From: Kudoa neothunni
Taxonomy: Eukaryota > Animalia > Cnidaria
Reading direction: 5' to 3'
Length of the DNA stretch: 64,000 bases
NCBI GenBank assembly: GCA_964304625.1
Contig: OZ199839.1
Location: 6,443,741 to 6,507,740, forward strand
Below are positions 45,673-62,947 of the stretch, in pieces. Numbering within the stretch: position 1 is the first letter of the stretch; each line of letters opens with the position of its first letter. The translations under genes and the position numbers were made by a program. The notes beneath the pieces were generated by a model that saw only the letters and a list, made by a program, of their open reading frames with translations, was not told the DNA's origin and searched no databases.

Positions 45673-47558
45673 TCAGGCTGCTGTAATCTGAGGCGTTTTT
45701 TGAAGTTTGTTGAGAGAAACTGCAATATAATAAAAATTAATTTTCATATAAAAATGGAAACTCAATAGAAATTATGACCAATTGAGAGGCTATTGGCCAC
45801 AGTGTAGGGTTTTTTGGGAGGAACACGAGACATGCTTCTGTCAAGTTTAGGTATTTTTTCAGGCACATTGTTCACTGTGAGACATTTGTCGTTGACTGTA
45901 GCATTATTGGAGGTGTCAGTATTATTTCCAGACACGTAGAGAAAACGATGATTCAAAATACGAGGAGGGAGCAACTTTGTGTAAAAATCACAATATATAG
46001 TTAACAACTATGGACAACTACCTGTAGAACTGTTTCAATAAAACAATCCATATTGAAATTGAAAATGGCTGTCTTTTTGAGAACAGATTTAGGGAGGTAC
46101 ATCAAAACAACTAAAAATCTAGATAATCGATTAGAGTTAATGACTATGAAATACACAACCAAAAAATACGGGCTCAACTCAAGCATATGCACATAACGCG
46201 TATCATCCAGCGCAATTGTCATGCAGTTACGTTTATTCATAGGAATGTTGATGGATAGACTCGAGAGATCAGCAGTGTTGCTCTTTGTGATGTTAACTCT
46301 AAATTGGATAAAGTTAGAGGGGGTTACATTGTACATACTTGAAAAATTCACAAAAGTCATTGACAATTTCCACAATATCGCAACTCAGTTCATACATTTC
46401 CGCGGTGGTGTTAGAACTAAACAAGAGAAATCGCATTATTACACAAGCAACAACAACTATGGCTATACCAATCAGAAGCTACAAATATTTTAGTATAGAT
46501 ATCGACCAGAAATATTTTTTCCATTTTAAGTGCCTACCCAATTCTCTATTGCTAACATTTAAAAAAAATAAGATACATTCTTGGTAATATTCATCACTGA
46601 AGCGAGATAGTCAGTTTTATCATTGATATTTTGAGATATTTTACTAAACGCCTACATCAAACAAATTATTATCTCGCGTTGTTAATATTTTGACAAAAAT
46701 ATCCTGGAAGTAATTCAATTACAGCATAGATTGAATAGTCGAAAACAGTGGTATGATGATAACGTATATATTTCTCGTTGAGTCCTTGAGTATCGATCAT
46801 GCTGACAAATGCAGACTGCATCTGTCTACGAAACTCTATTATTCCACTATAGAAGAAATATTCAAAGCTAATTAAAATACTAGAACCAGAACGATAGCTT
46901 TGAGGTATTCCATCACTTTTATGCAAAAATATCTCATAATACATGTTTTTGTTGTAGGTGGGCACTATTTTCATAATGCGGGCCAAATAATTGATAGCCG
47001 TTGTGTGTTCGGATTGAGTATTGATCACAAACACTATTGTGTGTGCAAACTGGAACAGTTGACCGAAATTGTAATGTTCATTGGTCACATCGATATAACC
47101 TGGAATATCCAGTATCTATACGACCAAAATTAGATTGAACCTCATTAAACTGCCAACAATACATTCCATTGCACAAACCCACTGTTACAAACAAAATGTT
47201 GTTCCAGATTGGTGGTATTTCCGATAAACAAACAATCATATACTGATTTGTTTTGGAATAGTGTCGAATAAATAGATGTTTTCCCACTACTACATTAGAA
47301 GGAGATTTTTATAATATATAGAGGAGGCAATAGAAAAATCAAAACTCACTTGGAAAGTCCTATAAATAGGATCCAAGGTTTTTTGGCGGAAAAATCCAAT
47401 TGTTCTATCTGTCTGTTGACATCAATCTGTTCATCGGGTAGAGGTATTTTACGAGTATTTTCCTCATGGGTATTTTTGAGGATGTTGGTGATAAACTCCT
47501 CGGCGTTGTTGGAGTTTTCCCTCGAGTAAGACACCATACATGGATGACGACTAAACAT
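45673..47558 (-). CDS. Rag GTPase of the RagC/D (Gtr2) class, multi-exon, highly divergent
   Basis: Contains KPWILFIGLSNSGKTS, NSGFVQWN|ILDIPGYID, EIFLHKSDG, TTVFDYSIYA|AFSKI, EKIFLVDIYTKIFVASD, MYELSCDIVEIV and IFNFNMDCF. These are collinear with RagC (KPRILLMGL..SGKSS, WDFPGQ, FIHKVDG, TSIYDHSIFEAFSKV, YELCCDMIDVV). The start codon and last exon are uncertain. Confidence 0.9.
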
Positions 47559-50049
47559 TATTCACACGGCTAACTAACAACCTCGAGTGTTTGACAAAGG
47601 ATTAACGTGATTCTCACATATAACTTACTAACGTCGCATTAAAACTATTAACTGCGATCCCGAACGTCGAATAAAGTTAAAATTCCAGTTTACACGAATT
47701 TTCATCTTAAATCTACTTTAAAATATTATTTTGGGTCGCAGATTTTTCCAAAATTAGCTACAAACTCCATTTGATCGTGTATTGAAATTGAATAATTTAA
47801 ATAAAATAAAGGATTATCGTTAACAGAAAGGATTAATTAAATCCATTATGAAAATTGTGAGTTTAAATAAACTTTTGAAATTTTCAACTGTAATAAACGA
47901 TTATTTATAAAATTAAACTAATGGAGGGAGTACAATGATGAAATTATGACAACTTTGGAGCATAGATATATGTACTAAAAATTGAGATAATCTGATGATA
48001 TATTTTCATGTTTTTATCTCAACGTCAGTTCATTATAATTTGTAATTTAATCAATTATAATTATGTATCAATGTTTTGACATTATTCATCTATTTTTTGG
48101 TTATATTAGAATAGTATTGGTTGACTTTAATTTGCCAAATTTTTATTTTTTATCGACTTCCTAATTAGATGAATTTTTGATAGACTTATTTGAAATGTTA
48201 AAACTAATTTTATAGATAACAAGACTAATCGAGAAAACAATGAATAATGATTCGTATCACATGGAGGAATTCGTCTTAAAAAGTTTAGTTTAATTAGTAA
48301 AACAATAATTATAGCTACATCAACGAATTTAACGTTACTGTATCGTTATTGATACACTTTCATATTATTTTATGATGATTAGTTGTTAAGAAATATTTGT
48401 TTGGAATATTATTTAATTTAAAGTTCTATTTATAATAGAATTATTATATTGTTATGAAATATTTTCATTCCCGTTTTACAGTAAAGTCTCGATATAGCAT
48501 AGTTAATAATTTTATTGTATGCTCAAATAAAGTCAATAATTTGCTAACCACTTTACTTACATATTTCGATAAATAAATGACCAATATGACGATAATTTGA
48601 GTGAGTTTAGATGATAAATCACAATAATTAAATAAATTATTTTAAATCACACTGTGGTGTAAAAAATGTTCTTAAATCTTGTTGAGTGACTAAGTATTTT
48701 GATAAGTTTAATGTAGTTAGGTTAAAGTTATCATCTCTTAAAAGTATTTCAACAGAAAAAGCAAGAATCACAAATAAAACTATTCGTCCGTTTGAATTGC
48801 AACATGTTTAAAGTGGAAAATGTATTTTATTCGATGAAATATATAATCAGAAGAGATCTACAAAAAATAATAATGTTTTGGGCGAATTTTCGATATCCCA
48901 TATAGCAATAATGGTGATTATTGAGCTTAAGACATCTGAAAATACCCTTTTCGCGTTTTAATATCAAGATTCTTGTTGATAAAACAAATAAATACGTACT
49001 CGCAAAAATCAAGCTCAAGAAATTACTTTTAGATTTTAATCAAATCTCATCTCTAACAAAGTCTTTCCTACATGTAATTTCTCTATGGATTGAACAAACT
49101 TTCGTATTAAAAAATTCTTGGCTTATTTTAGTTCACTGGTTACTTAAAACCACTTAAATTATATTTTTCATTAAGAAATAAACGGATTTATTATTTCCGC
49201 GGTTCGTTTATCAAGTGCTCTTCTATAATGGAGTTTTAAGGTTTCAATATAACGATGAATTTTTTCTTGTTGATATATATATATATATATATAAAGGATT
49301 TCTCATAAATTTTGTGCAAGATGTTATTTCCCCAATGCTTCAAACATATGTGAAAATTGCAGAAATTTTGGTTGTTTTAACCTAAGAAAGGGGAAAATTA
49401 ATGTTACTGGACCAATAATCGGGCAGTCTGCTTATAAAGAAATAATGTGGATGTTTCTTTCATATATTTATGTAGAAGCTAACAATGTACCTCAAGTTAC
49501 CGCTCTAAAAACAATAGATGCATTACTAATCCCCCAAATGGAACCTCTTTTTCGAACTCTATTATATGTGGCCCGCCTCACAACTTAATCTTAAAAAAAT
49601 ATTTTAAATTTTATATCGTTGTGGAATGGATGCGACCATTTCAACTTTTATAATAAAATAAGTAAATATTCTAGCATTTTCAACATGGCTCAAAAACATC
49701 GAAAACTCTATCAACCAACCTATAGAAAAAGGAATAAACTTATTATAGAAAGTTTCATCATGTGAAAATATGAATCATTTTTTCAAAAAAGAAAAAAATA
49801 ACCAGAGTAGTTATCTAAAAGAAGACGTCTAAAATAGGTCCTCAAATAAATAATTTTTGGAGTCAAATACTAAAACCCGACTTTAAATTATTTGTTTGTA
49901 TAACATATTTCTTATATTTAATAGATTCCTGACAATTGAAGTGTTAATGAACATTTTTTTTTCAAAATTTGACTTTTTTAGTGAATCGTTCGAAGGTATT
50001 TTACGAAGTCACTACTTTATTAAATAATGCATATAGATAATGCGCTAAG

Positions 50050-51727
50050 AAGAGAAACGTATGATGGGAAGGTTGACGGTTCTTAGATTTGTGGAATGAC
50101 TCAATGTAAACTTGAGAAAATAGGAAAAACCTTGTGTCTCGCTATTTCGGAACTTATTTTTTGACTTTAGTCCCTTTAATCTGATGGTTGCACTATAACA
50201 AGCAATTCAAGTTCTCGAATAACTAATAAAGATATAATGAAAATAATTGATTATTATGATTGTTTGAAGTCTATATCGGGTGTTAATGGTATTACTGTAA
50301 AACATTTCAGTTTACTAATTTATATTAACTTTAATATTGTTCGCTAATTTAAAATAGGTTACTTAAATCTTTATAGAAGTTTTTTTAAATAAGACGAAAT
50401 CATAGATTCAAATATTCCAAATTTATTAGAAATATTTAAACCTGGAAAATATAAAGATATTAAAATAATATTTACAATTGAGTGGTTTTAATGCGAAAAA
50501 AAATTATCTAAATTATTAATGATCTAATAATCTTGTATTATTGCCAAAGATATTTGAATAAAAGATTTTATCGGAAGTGAGGGTTAGTTTAATAATTGTA
50601 GAAGGTGTTACGATCTGAAAAACTCAAATTGCACGGAGAAGAAAAGTGCTGATTTTAAATATATTTATCTATGAATGAGAAATTTTCCCGAGATCTTGTC
50701 AAGATACAATATGGAATATATATTAAATTTGGATGAGGCGGCTCATTTTTATGAAAAGCTGCTTATACAGCGTACGTCCACTATTAAAAATTAGCACAAT
50801 GATCGATGAAAAATTACAACTACACATAATAATAAAATTTTAGGAAAAATCGCTATTTTAGGAGAAATAAAGAGCTTTCAGTTTAGTGCCATTCGCTAAT
50901 GAATGTGTGATTATCTTCATCTAGGTTTTATCAGATGGTTCAAAGATATGAACCAGAGGTTAATTAAAGAAAACAGGATGGTTTTTATTTTATTATAACA
51001 TTGCTCATATTTTCCTTAATCGATCAATTATTTCGAAAACATCCAGCTCCTACTTCTACCAAAAACACTACTTGTGTGGTGCAACCAATTTATCTGGGAA
51101 TAATTCCCCCTTAAAAGTCAATTAGAGAAAAATATTATTCAAAAATGTGCCATTCGGAGAGAAGCACCAAAAAATATTTAAATATGCCGTATTCGATTAC
51201 ATAAATACGTTAAAGTTGGTTCAGGAATGTTTACAGTTAAAAAATTAGTAATTGAGTTAATAAGCCGCCTATTTTCGACCAAAAATAATTGATTTTTTCT
51301 TTATTTTTATTTAAAAACTAGAAAAATAAATCTTTAAAGTAATGTGATGATGGAATAACATTATAAGTAATTAATAGAAAAATTTTCTATATTCTTATGT
51401 GTAGACCATAATGTGTAATGATATTATTTTTTGGGAGACGACGAAATTTTACATTTAAATTAAGATGAAATCGTTACAACGTTTCAAGTATAAAATCTTA
51501 TAAATCCTTGAAAAAACGTGTCATTGATAATCCTATTGAATTATTTTCTGTACATCAAGTTAAGGATGCTTTACGCGAAATTATAAATAAATTAATAAAA
51601 AATTATAAAATAGATGGGTTATTTTGTAAGAAATGTTAAATTAATGGTTACCGCGCACGCGCAAAAGACTCGATTTGCGTAATTTTCCCCGGCCCCAAAA
51701 TATTACGCAATATCGAGGCACGACAGT
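50050..51727 (+). mobile_element. Decayed pogo/Tigger element
   Basis: Fragments ILNLDEAAHFYEKL, FIRWFKDMNQRLIKENR and IQLLLLPK/NTTCVVQPI. A pogo-like right terminus reads ...TACGCAATATCGAGGCACGACAG-TA. The left boundary is approximate. Confidence 0.7.
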
Positions 51728-52078
51728 AGTAGAATTTTCTTTAAAAATATAAAACAACATTGAATAATGAAAAATAAAATATGTAACAACTTTAAGTATT
51801 TTTAGTTGTTCTATTGGAAAATAAAATTCGTATTATAATGTAACGTATTTTAAAGATAAATTAGATTAAAAATGGCTTAAAACGTGCATTTATCTAATAG
51901 AATCGACTATAATTATTATTTTTAAGACCATTACAATATTTTAATGGAACAAAACAAGCGTAACAAAAACTCCTCAAATAAATCGTATAAAATTTGGCTG
52001 GGATAAAAATGACAAGCAATTCAAAAACTATGTTACACAATGTTGAGTGGTTCAACAAAATGACTTCTTGCTGGCTCG

Positions 52079-55732
<3,654 letters not shown>

Positions 55733-57940
55733 TAACTAGAATATTCTTGAGCATTTTTGCATGTATAATAAAGTCACCTTTCACAGTTCTACCCAGCTAA
55801 ACACTAATAATAATTGTGTTAGTTACTATAACTCGCACCCTATCGTTATCCTTAGAAATCTATTTATGCTCTAATTCAATGAGGCTCGTTGGTTATTATC
55901 GCTATAACAGTGGAAATTTACGATACAACTCAAATGCTCTAATTAGTGCCAAAAAATCCGTACCTTGCACCATGTATCTCTGTGCTAATTCCATTGAGTC
56001 TCATTTAGGGTATTATTTTGTGCTTACTTACAATAAGGGATTTATCATCAAATATTATGATTAATGCTAACTTTCAGTGATGCTTTGTTATTATTTTTTA
56101 TCTATTAGCCGACAAAAAAAATGATTTCGACATGAATTTTTTATCCCACTCAAAATGAAATATTTGCTCGCACAAAGTCTCTAATTCTTCCCTCACGCTT
56201 GTTAGTCGAAAAATTAATGTTAATTCAAGCTACTCTAATAACCGGTTTATATAAATTCTGATAAATAAACTATAAAGTATCAATGGTCAACAAACCACCT
56301 TATTAGAAATCTACTGGTGAAGGCCCCTCATCCATTCTGCTAATCCTGCCCCAGTTTGTTCCTAATTTTATCTCATGATTAAATCAGCCCGATAATATAC
56401 ATCAGAGATTTATCGATTTTTCAGTCAAAATATCGTCGATTTGAAATGGTCACTTTGTTTGCCTGAATAATCCTAACTGTATCAATCTTGGGTATGTTCA
56501 TGATATGAGCAGGTTTCGGGAATGCAACATTCAAAGTCAAGTTATTTTATTTACACCATAAATTTAATACGTGCAATAAAATTTATTAAATGATTATAGT
56601 TGAATGATAATTTTGAATTTTATCTTTATTTATCCTTGAAAATAATCAAAATGTAATATTGTAATCGTTTATTCGATAATAATTTCCAAAAATTATTAAA
56701 TAATCTAAAAAAATTGTAAAAATTCGTTGTAATACATTCTTAATTTATTTTTCTTAGACATCCACATCATGTTTTTATTTTTTTAACTAAAATTAAAATT
56801 ATTATATAATACGATTAATTATCTTTCAGAGCAGTTCTAAAATGACTGTACATCTGATTTAATTGGAGATGTAAAATAATAGAACAAAACACACTTTATA
56901 CAGTGATGTGTTGGTCAAACAAATTCTTTTAATTAGTAAAAAATGAATCATGGCGTTACATTTGTACATAATCTCACGCGTACGCACCAAGGGATTATTT
57001 AAAAATCGTTTTTTCTCGAAATATTTACCATAAGTAGGCCAATATTTAACCAAATTTATTTATGTTTAAATAAATTAATGAAGAGCAGAGACTATTTTCA
57101 ATGTAAATTTAAGTCAATGAATTCCTCAAAAAATACATTATCTATTTTCATAAAATTCTATGTTTTAACATTTTTTTAGTCAACTTAATTTTTTTATTTT
57201 TAAACAGTTTTACAAATTTTATATTTTAATATATTTTACCATTCTAACATCAATTGTAGATACGTGTCTCCAGTCAGAATCTAACATTTTTATAATTATT
57301 CATTTTGTTAGTAAATAGTTGAAATTTATTAATTATGTATTTCTATCATAAATAATTATATATTCACTTAACTTAGGGTTCGATAATTTCAAATAAATAG
57401 AGACCTTGGAAGTATTCAATGTGACAACGTTTATCATCAGCGGAAAACGAAACTAATGGATATGTTCGTAATATTTATGTATAATCAAATATTACTTTTT
57501 TAATAACTCCAATCGTCGTTAGACACCCATATCTCAATCGCCTAATCCAGGTGTTCTCTTCTCAACCAGACGTAAGTTTTAGGATGGTGACTATTTGAAC
57601 CAGGACCGCCAGCGGGGGTTATGAAAAAAACCCAAGCTCGAGAAAAACGCTAATTTAAAGTACAACAAATAATATAATCCTATCTATTAAAATTTGTAGT
57701 TTTCTTCCGATTCAATAATTACATCTTTACAACATATTAAAGTTATCGTCGTATTATTGCAATTTTTCGGCGCGAACACATACTTACCCACACTTAATTC
57801 CTAGTATAGATCAATATACTCCCAATTAATTTCATCATAATTCAAGATATATTTGAAATAACGTTAAAATTTTCTAATAATGTACGGCAATGTTTATTAA
57901 GTAATTTTGCAATCGGATCACGTTAAACAATCAAATAGGC

Positions 57941-58240
57941 CTGGAATGGCCAAACTTGTTTAAAATAGAAGTCGCATTTAACGAACCTCAAATTTTTCGG
58001 AGCCACATGGAATAAAACTTAAATTTCGTGTCTTGTTATTATATTTATATTTTGTCTAATTGTTTTTGTTAATACTGAATTAATAGTAAATTTATGCGTT
58101 TTTATTCAGGATAACCGCATGATCCTAAGACTTTCAAAGTATCCAATAACTTTATGAGAAAAATTTAATGAAACGATAAGTCAAGTTTTAATTTTTCAAA
58201 AGCTACATGCGACTCGTGAACCGCGGTTTCGACATCCCTG
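57941..58240. mobile_element. hAT-type MITE
   Basis: Ends CTGGAATGGCCAAAC...GTTTCGACATCCCTG with TSD AAATAGGC/TTATAGGC. Confidence 0.65.
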
Positions 58241-58396
58241 TTATAGGCTGTCGTTCAATCTCGTACATGTTTAAACACTGCACGAAATAATCTGAATAGG
58301 ATATGTTATTTAAAATATAAATATTAATATGGCAAATAAAAAAATTTGTGTTATAAATCAATGTTTACAGGTTTTCAATAGAAACCCAAGCCCTGA

Positions 58397-59963
58397 TTTG
58401 CACTCCTCAGTGCATGCGCGGAGGATTAAGGCATTACCACTATATCTGCTTTTTCTCTTGCATTAGTTCTTGCAGGAAAACATTAATAGTCAAAAACGAT
58501 AAATAATATTTTTTTAAAAACCAATAAAATTATAAAAATAGTTATTTCTATTTTTTATAATTAACTTAGTTTTTTAATTGTTTTAGTCTTCCTTTTTCTT
58601 TAGTTGAGCGAAAATTGGAGTTATATGAGTTGAAATTTTCCTCAGTTTTTGATTTGTTGATTTGTGGAAAATAAGGTTTTATTCTCATATTGTTCTTCTA
58701 AATTTTTTAGACTTTTGTAAAATTCGTTATATTGACCATCACCAAGTGTATTTAATGGATCCAATATTTCATAACATGATTGTTTCTTATTTTGAAACTT
58801 TGATTGTAAATGCGTATTAATTGATAAAACATTACAGTAGATTTTTTATGAATCAATACCTAGGAAGTTTGTAGTTATTGAAATACTGTTGTTTGTTATA
58901 TTGCATATATCATTATTGTCGAGAAATATATCATAGTTTTTATAAAACTATCTTCCAATTCATATAGAATCCAAAGTCAAAATTGAAGATTTTATCATTG
59001 CGATTAAATGTTTGAATGGGAAAGAGTATTGCTGAAAAAATGTGCAATCATCCTTGTGTATATTTCCCTGAAATTTAACCAGTTCTGAACAAAACACAAT
59101 GTGAACAAATAAAATGTTTTAAAATTCCGAATTGACAATAATTTCAGATTTTGAGTCTCTAATATGATTTTATCAGCGGCAAAACTGAACAAACGATTCA
59201 ATATTGCCAAAGTATCATCATCAACGTCATCGATTTTGTTCCTCGTAAGTATCAGATCATTTTTTAATGTGGAAGTGTCTATTGGCCTGACGTCAGGCCA
59301 ATAGACACTGTCTTTTAATAAACTATCACTATGTATAGATTTATAGTAATTGAGTATTAGATGAATTAACGATTACTTTGACATAAAATTTTGTATCTCG
59401 CCATGATCTTGCTCAATCCTGTTATTTCTATATGAACCAAATGTCAGAGCACCGAGACGATGAAAATGGGCCCACATGTTCTGAATATTAAGCCAGTTTT
59501 TTAAATATTTAAAATTCGCTGGATTGGTCGAATATATTTCATTCAAAATGAAGTAAATGAGCAACCATTTTCAGAATATATTAATTTTTTCTGTCTTTAA
59601 TATATTTCTTAGATTATCTGATGAAGGAATCGTTTGTTGAATAAATCGTGACCTTCTGAACTCAATATGCACCAAACTAGTCAACCGAACAAATATATTC
59701 ATATATGTTTTTCTATTAATTATTATATAACCATTTTTCTATTTCTAAGATATAAAAGTTGGTATACAATTGTTTTATGTAGTAAATATGACTGCAATTT
59801 CTACGATAAATAATAAGGGGTGTAAGACTTAAAGTCACCTTGAAAAAAATATTATTCTGAATTTTTAGCTATTATTATTTATTTTCAATAACTAATATAA
59901 GAGAAAAAGTACATATAGCGGTAATTTTTTAATCCTCTGTTTATTCACCGAGGGAGTGCAAAC
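58397..59963 (-). mobile_element. Mutator-like (MULE) element remnant
   Basis: ~85-bp diverged TIRs (58397-58480 versus 59880-59962). Encodes FKYLKNWLNIQNMWAHFHR...GSYRNNRIEQDH, matching the MULE motif Y...W.....W....R.....TNN..E..H. Confidence 0.75.
59274..59309. repeat. Perfect 36-bp palindrome
   Basis: AGTGTCTATTGGCCTGAC|GTCAGGCCAATAGACACT, with no spacer and no mismatch. Confidence 0.97.
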
Positions 59964-61598
59964 TAGGGTTGCCAGGATTGGTACGTTTTCGCCCTAAATA
60001 AAGGTATTGATACTTTTGGTACGACTACGAAACAAATGGGTACGTTTTAAGGTCATTGAGTTTCGATATAGAAGTATTATAAGTGCATCCCATATAATGA
60101 GAAAATGTGTTAGAAGACTTGGCGCAAAGTATCCACTTATATCCTCCAAATAACTCAAAACGTCAAAATGAATATGACGGATCTCAATACACTTATTCGG
60201 CATCATATTATATTGTTTCTCTGCTACACGAGATGGCTGTCGGTTGAGCAAGTTATTCAGAAAATATTAGAAGAATGGACAGTTCTCACAACGTTCCCCA
60301 AGGTTGGACCATAGGAAAACAAGTCCAAACCCGCATCCAAAATATTCACACCTCTATTTAAGCCCATAAATAAAATATACTATGCATTTTTAACTTTTTC
60401 CTACCCATACTCAATAAACTTGTTAGGGCAAGGAACCATCGTTCAAATATAACAATAATAATATAGAGGCTAATATAAGGGTGTTTATATAGTTAGCGCC
60501 AACTGTATATTAATACACATAGGTACCGACCAAGATAATGTGTGTCATTATATCTTTGACGCCGAAGACTAACTATCAGCCCCAATAAAACTCAAAGTCG
60601 AATTACAAGGTGAGAGTTTTGAGTTCGTTAACTAAGGAATTCCGTTGAAAATATTATTTAGTCAAAATTAATGATTTTTGAGAAGTCTGATCAAATAATA
60701 ACATCTTCTGGAGCTTAAATTTTAAACACTTCTTAAATTATATTCTTCCGGATAAGTTTTATTATAATTCGAAAGTAGAATTAATGTAGAATAAAAATAT
60801 TACTGGAATAGGCACTCGAGATCTTGTTTGCTTTCTTACCAAAACTCTGGATTTCCATTTATTACTGACGAAACAGATATTTCAAAAGATTTTAATCATC
60901 TCCAAATTTATGCGTTTACATATAATTGAAGCAATGCTTCTTGCGAACGCCAATGAAGGTAAACCCTATTCCATTATACCTCTCTCAAAGAGATTTACAA
61001 TTATTATATCTGAAGATAAGTATTTGAATTTAGAGATTAAATAGAATTTAGCCTGTAAAATAGCGGACATTTCATTGAAAAAGACCCCAAGATATATTGG
61101 TATGCAGCCACAAATAAAAGAGGAGAAATATTTAAGTATCGATTACTGTCTAAATTAATGTTGCCTTTAATTGTTTTGTCTCATTCGTCTGGATCTGTTG
61201 ACAGATTATTTTCATTAGTGAATAAAAAAAAAGTTAAAAAAATATTTATATTGAAGGAGAAAAAATAAATGCTCTACTATATGCTGAACGTTTACTGAGA
61301 AACGTCAGTCACATGAGATGGAATCCATCTGACCAATAAACTAAAATGACGGAAAAAATTAACCTATATGATGAGGAGACAAGTGATAATGAATTACTGC
61401 TTTGATATATAAATAGATTCTATCAATTATTTGTTCTATTTCGATTAGTTTAATGTTGCTAGAATTATATTTTTTGTACTATTTATAAGGTAAGGTATCT
61501 TTTTTAAATTTTAGCACGATTTTGAATTTTTTTGAACCATTTGATACATTTCTATTACATTATTTGGTACGATTTACAAAAATCGTCTGGCAACCCTG
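59964..61598 (+). mobile_element. Decayed hAT transposon inserted in the MULE terminus
   Basis: TIRs TAGGGTTGCCAG...CTGGCAACCCTG with TSD GTGCAAAC/GTGCAGAT and subterminal TGGTACG repeats. Encodes FSIITDETDISK and HSSGSVDRLFSLVN. Confidence 0.85.
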
Positions 61599-62947
61599 GT
61601 GCAGATAGACACTATCAAATTTTAGATGACTAGGGATTAAATAAAGTGACCTTAAAATTGGATACGGGCAATTTTTGAATAAGGATGTTTGTTAGGTATT
61701 TAAAGATTTCTAAGGAGTTATATTATTTAGAGCTATTAAACCCAATTGAGATGTTGGCAGATATGTTTAAAATGTTTTTAGGAATAATTATTTAACAATT
61801 TCTTAGAAAACTATTATCAGTTTCTTTGTTTTATGACTCAACTTTTATTTATAAATATATCCGAATAATACTTAAATATATATATAACCTTAAAATACAT
61901 ATAAATTTAGTTTCCAAGTTAAGGGGATAAATTTAATGAAACCATCGAGAATCTCTCGCCTAATAGATTTCTCTTTAGAAGGAATTGAATTTCAATCTCG
62001 AATATTACCAAGTTCAGAAACCAAATACAGCAGTGGATACGCGGTTTAAATTGATAAAAAAATGAAAAACTGAGTAAAATAATTAAAGTATCAATATATT
62101 TACTATTTCTACGATTTAAAAATTTTATCACCAATAATTAAATTAAAATATTTTTCATATATTATTTCCAATTGTGATCCAATCTCACCCTCATTTCAAA
62201 CAATTAATTTGCGCACACAGTTTCGGGAGCGTTGCTTTAGGTTAACACACAATCAGTCTTATAAAGTCGTCTAAATCCAAGCGTTGGCTCTACAGGAACA
62301 AAATAATTGATATTATTTAATTCTTGCACTCGGCGTTTATCAGCGCCCAAGTTGTATCCTTCCGTCAGACTTACCTCCCAACTGCTAGAAATACAATGAC
62401 AAATGACAAATCAAAAATTTATCATAGAATGCAACAATTCTTCCATTTAATTCCGAATTAAAAGTACAAGAACCGTTTGAAGTCGCTGTCGGATGACAGC
62501 ATTCGAATCCACAACCTTCTAATTGGGAGTAAGATAAACTAACACGGCGCCATATGATCTGGTTGTGCATTAGATGTATCAATAAAATCGAATCAATAAG
62601 GATTGATAGTTATTTATAGTTTCAAACACGCATATAAGTCATTATTTTAAAATACCACATTAAAGAAGCTTTGACATCAAATTCCTGCATAAGTTTTATA
62701 CTTTATCACAAAATAACAACGCCTAAGAAGAATATTACGAAATTAGCAGACAGGAAATATTATTTTAGTATATTTTAAGATACTTAATAGACTATAAAAT
62801 TCTATTATCACTCTTAAATTTTAATCTCATTTTTAAATTTCTTAAATATAATGCAAACTGTCAAGACGCTAAAACGCAATGAAAAAAGTTGATTTGAAAT
62901 ATCGACTTATGAATCGAAACTAATATAGTAGTTGTTGGGTTGATTAA

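Noticed and set aside
57570-57630. tRNA or tRNA-derived SINE (GGTTCAAAT on the minus strand)
   Set aside because: No cloverleaf or A-box could be built.
58390-58420. U1 snRNA (TTGCACTCC loop motif)
   Set aside because: There is no 5' ATACTTACCTG or Sm site in register, and the motif belongs to the MULE TIR.
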